Shown piece by piece: positions 35,866-48,386 of a stretch of DNA of 64,000 bases (position 1 is its first letter; each line of letters starts with the position of its first letter). The notes beneath the pieces were generated by a model, which did not search any database, was not told the DNA's origin, and was given only the letters and a program-made list of their open reading frames with translations. Position numbers and translations under genes: made by a program. Origin of the DNA: Lama glama (Eukaryota); NCBI GenBank assembly GCA_028534125.1, contig CM052816.1, positions 97,900,001 to 97,964,000 on the forward strand, in the 5' to 3' direction.

Positions 35866-38306
35866 CTCAGGAAACAAGAAACATTTTTGTTTTCAATGCA
35901 ACAACAGTAAAGAATCTAATTCCTGCAATTCTAAGCACCTTGTGTTTTTAATCTCGCTTTCTATATAAAAGTTTTTCTTAGTACTTCTTGCACAGATTAA
36001 CCACATCTGTTAAAAGCAGGATTTCTAGTTAAAGAATCAACTGTGTTTCAGTAACGTACACCATAGTGCACAAACTCAGGATTCTAACTATACAGAATGT
36101 GAATTAGAGTAGGCTGAAGGCTTTAAAAAGCTCTCAAAGCTTCCACCATCCTAAAACCAGTAACAAGGTCTAGTCTGAGCAGTGCGATTTGGGGGGCACC
36201 ATCACACTACCCATCGCCAATGCAGTGGCTCTCATTCACCGGGTGCCCATCACCAGCAAGGCCCCCCAGCTACCTGGGCAGGAGACACTGCTATACACAC
36301 TTGACCCAGGACAAGATTAAGACAGAGTAGCTAAGAAATCTGCTCAAGGTCACAGGGCTGGTCAGTGGCTGAGTTTAAGTGTAAATCTGGGTAATTAGAA
36401 GATCATGTTTTCCTGTTATATGACACTAGTTTAGATGCACGTTACTAAAAGTTTAAAGAGAGAAAATATAAGGACAAGAAACTAGAAATGTGTGGAGAAA
36501 ACGGTACAAAATTTTATTCTGTGTTTGAATTTTCTCTTTCAACATGTAATACATGTAAAGAGTGGGCATCACTACATATCCTACAGCCCTTAAGGGGATA
36601 AGAAACTAGTGTCAACTTCATGCCAATAAACTCAACAACCTGAATGAAACAGACAAAATCCTTAAAAGACCCAGGCGACCAAAACTGACCGAAGAACAAA
36701 CTAACAACTTGAATCCTATCAATGAAAGAAGCTGAATTTAGACGTAGGGTATTTTAGAAGAGGCAAGACTAGAGCCAGGAGGGGGCTGACGGCAAAGAGG
36801 CACGAGGCATGTTTCAGGGGACACAACTGTTCTGTATCTCACTTGAGGCAGTGACTCCACACCTGCATCCAATCATCAAAACGGTCAAACCGTAGACTTC
36901 AAATGAGTGAACTTTATTTATGAGAATTACAGCTTAAAACAGGGAAAACATGTAAAAAGTTACTACTTGTTTCCATTTTGGCCAGCTACTCCAGGGCAAA
37001 AACATAATCGATCATTAGCAGTAATAGTAACAGCAGGATGGCGTTGGCTGTGCGTCCTCAAGGCACCCTCCCCGCAGCAGTCTCCCTCAGCATCTTGGGA
37101 GAACACGCACGTGACTCAAAAGCAGTCCCCAAGGTTCTCAGCTTGTTTGGCCCCGTTCCCCCAAAGGAGATACACAAGCTTAGGGCAAAGCATGAGTTGG
37201 ATGTTAAGCATCCATTTGGCTGTGACGTCATCAGTGAGGTGGTAATTTGTGTGGAAGCCACAGTGTTGACCAGCACCTCGGAAAGAACAGGGACTCTCAG
37301 CCACTTCTCTCTGCATCGTGGAAACATGATTCATTCCTGAGCAGACAGTGGGTGCAGCGGGCTGGCCTCTGGGGTGCAGGCTAACTGCACACGCTCACAC
37401 CGCGAGCGAGACCAGGCTTTAGTCTTGATCGGGGTACAAGGGCGAGTCTCGGACCAGCACAGGCTCCCTTAGAAATAGGCAGAGATTGGAAGCGCTGTGA
37501 TCAGGCACTGCTGTCATGGTGACTTTCTGCCCCTCTCTGTTTCTCAGCTAGGGCAGAGGGCCTTGTGCTAGACTCGGAAGAAACAGTCAATGGCAGAAGA
37601 CAAGACGGTTCTCACCCTGCCCCTGAGGGCACAGAGTGGAGACGCACAAACAGTGAGCAGCTTACGGGATTCTCTAGCCACGGGAAAGCAGAAAGGGGAC
37701 AGTGTGGGGAGAAAGCTGAGAGAAAACTTTCAGGGAGTTATGGTCTCAAGGACTTTTCTGGGTGGCAAATTGCAGGACCGAACTGAGAAAGTGTTAGAAT
37801 TCCAAGTTTGAAGAAATACAGGGAAAAAAGCTCAGGAAATAAGACTTGTCGAGGATGCAGGCGCTGGGCGTGGTTTAGAAAGATGCCTGTTAAAATGCAG
37901 AATGCTCGGTTCCTAAGAGACTGGGACTGACGACCTGAAGGGAACCCATGCTGACTTCAACGCAGGCTCACAGGAAGGGCCAGGGGAGGAAAAATCGGAA
38001 GCCTGAAATATGAAAAATAGCTGCTAAAAAGGTTGAAGGAAAGCTTCAAGGCTAGATGTCACAAATTCCTAAATTATAGATGCACGAGTGTGGAAGCAGC
38101 AACTCTGAGGAAACCTCCTGCAGCTGCTGCAGACACTTGATGGCTTTCTCCCAACCTGGTTTCAAGCTCAGGGCTGAATTATGAACTGGTAAACACTGGC
38201 TGGCATGTCGTAAAGGTGAAACCCAAACCTCCCTCTTGCCTGGCTTTCACGGATGCTCCTTATCTGTCACTAATGTTATGCCCGCGATATCAACATGCAT
38301 CTGGAT

Positions 38307-40390
38307 CAGGTGTCAGCAAACACCGTCCCGGGGCCAAATCCAGGCTACCACCTGTTTCGGTATAGCCTGTGAGCTAAGAAAGGTTTTTATATTTTTAAAT
38401 GGAGAGGCGGGGGGAATCTAAAGAATATTTCAAGACACAGGAAAATTACATGAAATTCAAATTTCAGCGTCCATCAATAAAGTGGTACTGAAACATGGGC
38501 ACGGTCCCCCGTTTACACGCTGTCTGACAGAGCCCGCAGGCTGGCAATTGCATCTCTTTGCACTGCTGCTCGGGGCACTGCCCATCACCGTGATGCAGTG
38601 GTCTGAGTGCCCCGCGTATCACTGGGCCACAGGTGCTCAGTGCGCACCCATCAGGTCAGAACAGGTAGAGGGCATGCTCCACGCTCTGAAGGTACGGCGG
38701 AGTGCGGGCTATTCTGCCACCGCATCAGATGACAAAGCATCCTTTGGGATGCGTGACACCAGCTGCACCAGAAGAAGACCGTTAACTGAGGTCCGCGCTA
38801 GCAGACTGAGGCATCGTTGCGGCGTCCTCAGCTCATAGGAAACAAAAAATTAGAGAATCTGAAACAGAACCCCATTACTGAATTTCTTTGCAAAAGAAAT
38901 GAAAGCAAGGCTACAACCACAGGAAGCTATGAAGCAGCTCATTTTGTCAGCCAAGCAAGGGAAACGATACACCTGCGGTGAGTTAATTAATTGTGGCAGC
39001 TAAAGAAACATGTCCAGGAAACATAAACTTGTTTAACACGGTTAGCCTTTCTTCGAAAACGCTTGCTGGAGGAGTCAGGGCACCAGGAATGATGCTGACA
39101 GTCAGTGAAAAAGCCAGGCAGAAGGTGGAGGAGGCGGGCAGCCCTGGCTTTTGGTGTCCCCGGGTTTGCTGCTGCTGCTCAGGTGTCTATCCTAGGAGTC
39201 AAATATTAAGGCTGAAGTGACTGAGGAATCAGGCTTTCTAAACAGTCTGCATGGAACAACCAAAGGTGAGGCTGTTTCCAGAGAAGCTGAGGGAACACTA
39301 CTTCAGTACAATCTACAGTGGCATCTGCTAAGCTGTTATAACTTGTGGTGGTAAAAATGTGTGGAACAGACACAGACAAATTACAAATTTACAAAGCTTG
39401 TGAAAATGTAAGGTGTTTAAAGCTATTTCCTATACCAGCAGGTACTTTGCAAAAAAAAGAAAATTATATTGTGCATGTCTGAACCAACAGTGTGAACAGT
39501 GAATCTGACATTCCCTCTGTGGACTTGCCCACTATTTTGAGCTCAAGCCAAATTTTCTCACTGAGAAAAACTGTCCTCAACCACTGTTACTGAGTTTTAA
39601 AGGGCATTGGAAATCAGCTTTTGTTGCAGACTTGATAATGTTTCTTAGTGAATCCACCTAAAATTGTAAGACAAAAATCACTTACATGCAAAATTTATAC
39701 TGTGATAGTCATTTCAACAACTGACACTGTTTGAATCACAAGTTATGTCAAATGCTATTGATATACTTTCTATGCTATTAAAATTAAAAGCAGCAAGATC
39801 TCCATTCTCATGTTAGTTTGCTGTAGACAAATTTCTAAGCTCAGGCTACAGTTCCACCAGTGTTTTTTTAAACTTTGGTTTCAATATTTCAAAAGCCACT
39901 TAATTGTGTAATTGAGGAGCTACCACCTAGTTTTCAATTGAGAGATATTAATCTACGACGTCATGACATTCTGAAAGGCAAATGCCAAAGGCAGAACGCA
40001 ACAGAATTCCATAAAAGCCTTTCAAGGCAGGATTATGTGAAATTAAAACCATAAACTTGTGGACTGAGATCTGTATTTGGCAGTCCCTGCATGTGTGAAG
40101 AGATTTTTAAAGATAAAACTTCCTTACAGATCAACACTAAGAGGTAGACACAACAGCTTTTGATAAGAAGGTACCCTAAAAAAAAAAAAAAAAGAATTCC
40201 ATTCTCATTGTTCCTGTATTATAAAAACTGTAATAAGGTACCATACTTTGAATTTTGTCAATACAATTTCTGTGATAAATTGCTTTCTCTTTTGTTGTAA
40301 ATACTTACACAATGTAACTTATTCTGTACTTCGGCCCCAAAACTTAACATGGGCACCACCGGGCCCTTTCCAAAAAGTTTGCAGCCCTTG
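38307..40390 (+). mobile_element. hAT-Charlie (Cheshire/MER58-related) DNA transposon fossil, ~2.1 kb, with transposase remnant
   Basis: Left TIR CAGGTGTCAGCAAAC and right TIR GTTTGCAGCCCTTG; flanks ATCTGGAT and GTCTAGGT resemble an NTCTAGAN TSD; ORF at 38993 reads AAKETCPGNINLFNTVSLSSKTLA, like Charlie transposase. Confidence 0.7.
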
Positions 40391-42592
40391 GTCTAGGTTA
40401 AAGTAGGAATTCTATTCTGGAAACATCACTTTGACTTTCTCAGAGGCCTGGGCACTTGGACTGTGGGCAGCCGCTGCCGTCTGGGGCTCCCAGTGGGTGG
40501 TGTGGGTGGTGGGGACTGTGTACCTGTGTCCTCAGTTACCAAATGGGAAGGACAGTCGCATTGACGCCTGCTCCAGCACGTGCCCCGGGAGAGTCTGGGG
40601 AAAATGTTCCCAGACGTCGTGGAGGGAAGATCGGGCTCTCTTTGCTCTTAAGTGAATGTCAGGGAAAGGGCAAGGGCTGGAAACAGGGCCTTCGAAAGGC
40701 TGACATGGTCAATTCTGTTGTTCTCTGATCTCTGCCCTTGGAGGGGACAGCTGTGGCCTCAATGTCCACAGGCCTGGACATAAGGCCACTGAGGTCAGGA
40801 GGAGAACAAGCTGTCTCGGTCAAGGCCACCTCTTAAGGAGGGAGCTGAGATCTTCCTCTCCTTCCCCAGTGGCTGAGCACACCCATGGGGACCAGGCACC
40901 CTGGCTCTGAGGACCTCGGCCAGCCGGACGTCCAGAAGCAACATGGCTTCCAGAGGGCAGTGCTCTGTTCTTGCTTGGCATCTTTTGGATTATCTTTCTC
41001 CCTTTGGGTTATTCCCTTTAGCTTTATGTCTGTTCCTTGGAAATCCATGCAGCTGTGGTCAGAAATATTTTCCTTTGACTTGGGCCAATTAGGAACCAGC
41101 ATGGGGTCAGGCAGGGGGGCTTCTGGGCATGGCTTTCATCTGAGCTCTCACCTAGACTCTGGGGGGTCAAGAGCAGCTCAACGATGGTGGTGGACCCTGG
41201 CAGTTTATCAGGGTGAAGGATCCAGGGCACACCTGCTGGATGGACACCTTGCCATCACGACCCAGGCTCGGGCCCAGGCTTGGTCATGACAGGCACACAC
41301 ATTCAGAAGCCCTTCTCACACACTGCCTTGCCCTCACCCAATATGCTGACATGTGTTTTAAGCCCTGACACCTAATATATTCAGAACAGACCCGACGAGT
41401 GAGGTCTGCTTGGTTTGACTTGCTTTCTTGGGCCGAAGACCTGCAGTTGCTTATTGGAAAGGCTCAGAGAGAATCAGGCACAATGAACAAACGAGCAAAC
41501 TGCAGAGTATCTGTGGGGCACTTTCTTAATTTTAAGAAAAAAAAGAAAGTGTCCTATAAGCACCAGGAAGGAAATCGGATAACCAAGAAGAACAAAAGTC
41601 CCCAGAGCTAGCCACATGTCCTCCTCTCTGCCTGCAGAGTGGCACCCAGAGCTCCAGGCTTCTCACCCTCCCGTGTCATTCCCATGTGGTTTCTCCGACC
41701 ATTCGAGCCAGCAGGCTTAATGCCTACAGGAAACCCAAGTCACTGGCAAAGAGCCACCGTGCCCATCTGCCAGATGCGATCAGCTCAGGCAGGGAAGGCG
41801 GGAGGGGAAGTGCTCCTTTCAAAGGGCCGCAGGCAGGCAGCCACTGGTGGACTCCTCCTTCATCACTGAAAGTAACGTTTCAATTTCTGGAATCCCAGAC
41901 ACAAGCTCCATGGCCACGCAAGGCACATAGTAAACGAGAGTTATTTCTTAAAAGATTTTCCCAACAGCAATAACAACACTCCAGCTTCCTTGCAATGAGA
42001 AATACTGCAATCATCCAGTAAAAGCTCCGACTCCCCACATCAAAGCAACTGGGCATCCTCTCCCAGGACGGCCTGCGAGATCACACGCCCACGCTGGGGA
42101 CACGAAATAGCTAACCTGGTGATTTGGCAGTCATTCAGGCAATGGCAGATGTACTATTTTTGAATGTTTAAAATTGAGAGTGGTTAATTTTAATAACTGA
42201 CTTTATTACTTTTTTTCTCAGCTATTTGACATCATTGAAATCTACAGCACTTCTTAGGTTTGGATCAGTTCCTTTTGCTTGTCTTTCCTTCTGTAAAAGT
42301 CTCTTTCACTAAAAACCATATAAAAAATTTTAAAAAGAGACTTTTTCACTATGATGATTATATTGCAATAAAGCCACACACTTAAATAAGCATTCTGCCC
42401 TTGAAGACAAGTTCACCAGCACATGAATATTTCACTTACCATGCTTTACTTTGTGTAAAGTTTTCCTTTTCTTAAATTACTTGAATCCACGAGCCCAGGG
42501 CCAAGGTTCTGGAGTGTCCTTCAGCCTCTCCAGTTCTCTGCTGTGTCTTAATGTTACACACACCAAATGGCACATTTAAAAGAGAGGCTGGG

Positions 42593-42707
42593 GTGGGGAG
42601 GTATAGCTCAGTGGTAGAGCACGTGTTTGGAGTGCACGAGGTCCTGGGTTCAATCCAGTGCCTCCAATAAGGAGAGAAAAAATGAGATGAAATTTTTAAA
42701 AATAAAT
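42593..42707 (+). mobile_element. tRNA-derived SINE (camelid vic-1-like) with a 15-bp TSD
   Basis: A box TATAGCTCAGTGGTAGAG, B box GGGTTCAATCC, A-rich tail; AAAAGAGAGGCTGGG at 42578-42592 and 42708-42722. Confidence 0.85.
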
Positions 42708-45700
42708 AAAAGAGAGGCTGGGCCAAGCTCTCCCCAAGGACCATTAAGAGACCCCTGTATGAGACACGATGGATCTGAAGTGGGGAGGCTCTCTGAGGCA
42801 GTGCCATCAGGGATGGCAGAATCATCATGCCACGAGGTCACAGCTTTGGCTGAGCGCAGACTCTGGGATGGGTGATGGAAAGTCTGCACTCTGGTGAGGT
42901 GGAGGTGCATTTGGCATCCTTCCTCCGTGGCCTCAAGATAAAGGAGGTCACTGGGGCCACCCAGTGGTAAAGACTCCGTCCTTAAGTGGGACTTGGGTTT
43001 GTAACTAATGTTAAATGGGGCAGCAGATGAAGAAATAATCAGTGACACACTCACTCACTGCTGAATGGGAAGGGAAAACCAGTGACATGGGGACCCTGAG
43101 TTCAGGTAATAGAGAACTCTGCTAGGCAGGGCAGAGAGCAGCAGAACATGAGGTGAGACAGCCATGGAGGGAGCCATGCCTGGGGCCTCTGACAAACGCA
43201 GAGCAGCCCTGAGCTGGTGGTGGTGACAGCAGGAATCTGTGATTTCCAGCACGCACCTGCCTCAGGTGAGGAGGTAAGCAGTCAGATACCGCTCTATGCA
43301 CACAGGTCCCAGGGCGCCGTGAGAAGATGCCGCCAGGGCTCGGGAAACCCTGAGATGGACAGGAGGAGCCCTTTGTGCAGAGGGATGCAGGGGACGCTGT
43401 AACTGCAGGGGCAGCTCATGGAACAACCATGCTGTTGGCCATGGATTAGAAGACATTCCTACAAATGTCCTTCACCATCCTTGGGGGTGCTGGTCAGGGC
43501 CCTGGTGTCTGTCCCACAGCTGTCCCTTCTTCCCCTCCTCAGCTGGCTTTCCCGCCCATCCCTGGCTCTTCTGCCCAAAAGATCCTGTTGATTCTCCAGA
43601 GCCTGCTTTGTACACTTTGATTCTTTAAGGGAATATCTTGTCTCTCTGTCTACAGCTCTGAAAACGAGTCTAGCGCCAGGTAGGTGAATCAGTCCTTAGG
43701 AAATGCATCCCAAATGAAGACATAAAAAGACAGGCAAACACCCTCTTCCCGCAGACCCTGGGAAGCCCCTCCACATGGCTTCAGTCCTTATCACTCCCTC
43801 AAGAGGCTAAAACTCCCCGAAGGCAGGGCCCTGTCCCCTCCTGTGTCCTCCCCAGCTTTGCCCAGCCGCATAGCTGCTACCCCTCAGCCTTGTCCGTGTC
43901 TCCCGAGTGCGTCCTCTGGTTGGTGTTTCTCCTGCCGCCAGCCTGCCTTGGGCTTGCACTCACACCTCACTTCTCACCCTGCCTTGAATGGTCCACGGAG
44001 CCCAGACAAGGAGGGCCTGCATAAACGATTCCTGGGTCAGCTGGCTGGATTCAAACAGGTGCTGAATGCTCTCTGCACTTCTGCTCTCTTCCAAGTGCTC
44101 ACTGACTTACGTCAAATGACCGTTTAATAAATTAGTTGCTTGGGTAGAATGGAAGATGTTTATCGTTTCTATTTGGAAAACTGGAATGTCCCCAAACCAC
44201 ACGGGCCACGTGTACCGTAATATGTATGACTTGAAAAAGAAAAGAGCCCAGCAGTTTAAAAAAACTATACCTGACCCACAAATCCTTGGGAGCAGAAATT
44301 TTAAAGCCACTGGTCTAGAAACTGGGGGGCTTAGTCCGAGCACCCTCTTGTCCAGCAACCTTAAGTGAATTCTGTGGCTCAGTGGCCTCCTCTGTATGAA
44401 ACGATCTATTCACGTTCTGTCTCAAGAAGTGACTCAGCCCTTTGGGAGGCAGCATCCGGTCTCCCCCTAGAGATCCGAGACGCAGCGACACATACATCTC
44501 AGGGTAAAAAGCTTCAACTCCCAGCTTTTAGACAAAACTCTGCAAAGTGCTCCCTTTACGTCTTCCCACTGCCTTGTCTTCAGAAGTTTTTTATTGGCAC
44601 TCAAAGCCGGCAGCAGTGAGCATGAATGCCATGCAGAGCATGTACCTGGATGTGCCTGTTTGCATGGCAAATTGAAAGTGGTGTCATTTGTCATCACTGA
44701 GCCCTCAGCTGTGTCAGAACCACACAGGCATTTCATGGAATTGTCTTTATTTAACACACATGCTGATCCCGCAGGCTGGTGCCTTCGCTGTGTCTGTTCA
44801 CTGATGGGGAGGCCTGTTGCAGGCAGCTCAGTGACTCATCCCACGGCACCTCACCAGGGATGGGCTTGGGTAATACCAAGCAGTCTGTCTCCAGAGCTTG
44901 CGCTCAGCCTTTACAGAAACAGGAAGGCACAGGTTCTGGCATGTTTCTGGAGAAATGTATACAGATGTAAGAATTCTCCTGACACTCAATCACATTACAA
45001 AACATCTAGCAGCCTGGCAACAACTTTGCTTATTGGACAAATCTGGGAGTGTCAGGAGCACCGGCTCAGTGAGCCTTCGTGGAACGTGGGCTCTGCCCAT
45101 TTCAATAAAAGCAGACGAGGATACATGCTGCACCAGAGGCTCGAGAGCGGTTTAGAGACACTCACTGCCTTCTACTCCTCTATGAATTGGGTGTAGTAAC
45201 GTGGGACCACAAATCAGAGAGGTCACGTAACCTGCCCAGAGACAGCGGCACAGCTCCCTCACAGGCAGATAACACTCCTTTTAACTGGGCAGCCTTTGGA
45301 AATCTGAATGAAAAGTTTTAAGTGTTGATTTTAAACTTTCGTTGGGCCATTTGGCTTAGCTGTGTGAGAGTCAAAGCCTGAGAGCTGGAGAGAGCCCCAG
45401 CTCACTACAAGGCCCGAGGTGTTCAGACACTGCCATTTAACACTCTTCACCAAAGCAAAACATCTGGAAGTAACCTTGAAAACGTTATGTGTATTTAAGG
45501 TGATTTCTTGGAAAGCCGCTTCCGCATTTGTGGAGCCCTTGCCAAAAGTGGAGGTGAAATTCTGAATGCGATCCATTCAAGCCCATAGAGTCAGTGCCTT
45601 GTAAAGGCGAAATCACAGGCAGTTGTAGGAAACCGGCTTCCAAGTTGCAGATGACCACTTGGCTGGGCGAAAACAGCTCCTTCATCCACAACAAAGAGAC

Positions 45701-45842
45701 CAAAGTCTAAACCGTAGAAAAGTAAGAAGGGATCCTGCGAGAGGGAACACGGGCGCAAGGAGAGGGCGCCAGGCCCTGGTGCACAGGCAGAGGGCAGGGA
45801 ACCAGGTCGGGCAGGGAGAGGCGCGGGGCAGCCGGTCCTTAC

Positions 45843-46123
45843 CTTTGCGCGTAGTGGATGAGGAACATACCCAGGAGGATGCAGTTGGGCCAACGGTTAA
45901 GGCGCTCGGCCCGCGCGCCGGCGCACGCGAGGAGCGGCAGCGCCAGCGAGGGCAGCTCCTGCAGGACCCAGGCGGCCCGCGCCGGCACCGGAAAGGCGGA
46001 GTGCGGCGACGCGTAGCGCCCGTAGGGAGAGCCCACCACCCTGAGCAGCACGTAGCTCACGAAGCCCAGGGCGCACTCCAGGTAGGCGAGCGCGTCCAGC
46101 AGGAACTGTTCGGCCAGAGCCAT
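45843..46123 (-). CDS. SRD5A1: Steroid 5-alpha-reductase 1, coding exon 1 (281 nt)
   Basis: Kozak CCGCCATGG; encodes MALAEQFLLDALAYLECALG...YGRY...AWVLQELPS...HYAQR; donor AG|GTAAGG. The five exons sum to 768 nt, in frame. Confidence 0.97.
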
Positions 46124-46423
46124 GGCGGGGGACGGCAGGCGAGCTCCATGTCCTGCCAGCCGCGGCGGGCCACATATAGGGCACAGGCGGCGAGGGGGCG
46201 GGAGGCGCGGTTACACGAGGTCGGCGCCCGCTGCGAAAGCCGGGGTATGAAAACCGGGTGCGCGGAAGCGACACGTTGGACCAGTCCGGCTGCGCGCCGC
46301 GGCCCCGGGGGCGGGGCGAGGGAGGGCCTGCAGACGGCCCCGCCCTCCCACGCGACTGGAGTCCCGCCCGCTCCGGGGCCGCCCCGCCCCGCCCACCCAC
46401 CGCCCCGCCCTTCGCCGCAAAGC

Positions 46424-46461
46424 GCACGCGCCACTTCGAGCTGCACGCGCCACTTCGAGCT
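46424..46461 (+). repeat. Perfect 19-bp tandem duplication in the bidirectional promoter
   Basis: GCACGCGCCACTTCGAGCT twice (46424-46442 and 46443-46461). Confidence 0.95.
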
Positions 46462-46755
46462 GTCCGCACCGCTGCCTGAGCCCGCGCGGGAAACACGGGC
46501 GCTCGGCGTGCAGGCGCCTTTCGGCCTGCTCTCTGGAGCCAGTTTCCCACTCACGGCTGTCAGCGGTTCCGCTCGCTCGTTTCTCTCCGGGAGCACGGGT
46601 CGCGGGGCTTTCGGCTTGTTTCTTGAAGGTTACTGCGGATCCGAGTGAGGCGCAGGCGCAGACCCGCGGGGGCCTCAAGCTGCAGCCCGGAAGTGCTCGC
46701 GCGGCCGACGGTGGCGCGTCGGTGTGTGCGGGCGGCGTGCGCGGCCGCGTGGGCC

Positions 46756-46851
46756 ATGGGGCGGCGGTCTCGGGGCCGGCGGCTCCAGCAGCAGCAGCGG
46801 CCCGGCGGTGCGGAGGACAGCGCCGAGGGCGGCGGGAAGCGCAATGACGCG
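46756..46851 (+). CDS. NSUN2: RNA cytosine C5-methyltransferase NSUN2, coding exon 1 (96 nt)
   Basis: GCCATGG Kozak; encodes MGRRSRGRRLQQQQRPGGAEDSAEGGGKRNDA; donor GCG|GTAGGG. Confidence 0.95.
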
Positions 46852-46933
46852 GTAGGGGCCAGGGTGAGGGCGGGCCAGGGCCCCGCGTGGGCCTCCCCGA
46901 CCCCGAGGCCTACGGCGCGGCTTCCGGGTCTGA

Positions 46934-47116
<183 letters not shown>

Positions 47117-48254
47117 TAGGGGGCCGTTCCTTGAGTGTTTCCTGGAAAGTTGGGATTAGGATGCCCACGGTTAAAAACGAGAATGTTTTCCCCAAGAAGT
47201 GTTACAGTGCTGGAGAACCTCTGTATGTCAGCGGTGTGGATTCTAGAGTCTGGAAGCACTGAGAGGGAGCACAGGGTCCAACGGAATAGGTCAGGGAAGT
47301 ACTGCAAGTTTGGAGGCCAGAATAAGAAACTAAAATGTAATCTGAAAGGGTCGACACCTGGGGATTTGTGAGTTGAAGGTGCTCAGCCTTTGGAGCACGT
47401 GAAAATTTGTCACATTACAAGCCTGCTTAAAAACTTCTGGTGTTCTCGCCTTAAAAACGTCTTTGTACTCATGTAACTGGGCAAGAGGGCTTGTTGTCTG
47501 CTTCCCAAGAGAAAGGCCAAATAGTAAGGCAACACTGTTTTGCAGAAACAGAAGAGGCTTTTCTTTTGCAGGGCAACCAAGCAAGGAGGCAGGAGGCAAT
47601 GCCCAGATCTGTCTTCTCATCAGCTGTTGAGTGGGGTACTTATCAGGGAAGTAGGTAGTAAGAGGTGGAGTGGGCTCTGAAATGATGGGTGGGAAGTAAA
47701 GGTAAGTTTCAGGAGTTCTTTGTTCAGGCGTGGCTGTCCTTCAGGTTTCTTCATGGGTTACATGTGCAAATTCGGGAAGGAGAGTTCTGTCTGGTACATG
47801 CAGTGTATTTTCAGCCTGTGACATCTATGAAGTTTTACTTTGGGTTATTTTAGTCCCTTAAATGCAAAGGGGCCATTAACATACTGTTTCCACAGCTGTG
47901 GTTCCCCTGGGCTTCTGCAGAGCAAGCTTGAAGGTCTTGGTTAGTCACTTTGTTTCTGCCTTCTGGGTCTTCAGTGTGTAAGTTACAGTGTATGCTTTCA
48001 GTTATATCTTCTAAAAATGACCTGCAAGTAAAAATGACGCTTGGAATGGTCAAGAGGGAAGAAATGTGGTAGGACAGTATTTAGCTTATCACCTTTTAGT
48101 GATCGAAAAAGGAAGGTTGTTTAAGCTGTGAGCAAATAGAGTAAAAGAGCAGTGATTGAAGAATGTTTTCTCTGCACACAGAGATGGTTTTAGTTTTAAA
48201 ATGCTTAAAAATTTAAATTTACAAAAAAAATATTAAATTAGCTTTTCAGGTTGA

Positions 48255-48386
<132 letters not shown>

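Noticed and set aside
44594..45196. 200-aa plus-strand ORF in SRD5A1 intron 1
   Set aside because: Non-ATG start and no recognisable domain; compatible with chance.
45659..46648. 329-aa plus-strand ORF and other long ORFs overlapping the CpG island
   Set aside because: Stop codons are scarce in very GC-rich DNA; the products are Arg/Gly/Ala/Pro-rich with no recognisable domain, and the 329-aa ORF is antisense to SRD5A1 exon 1.
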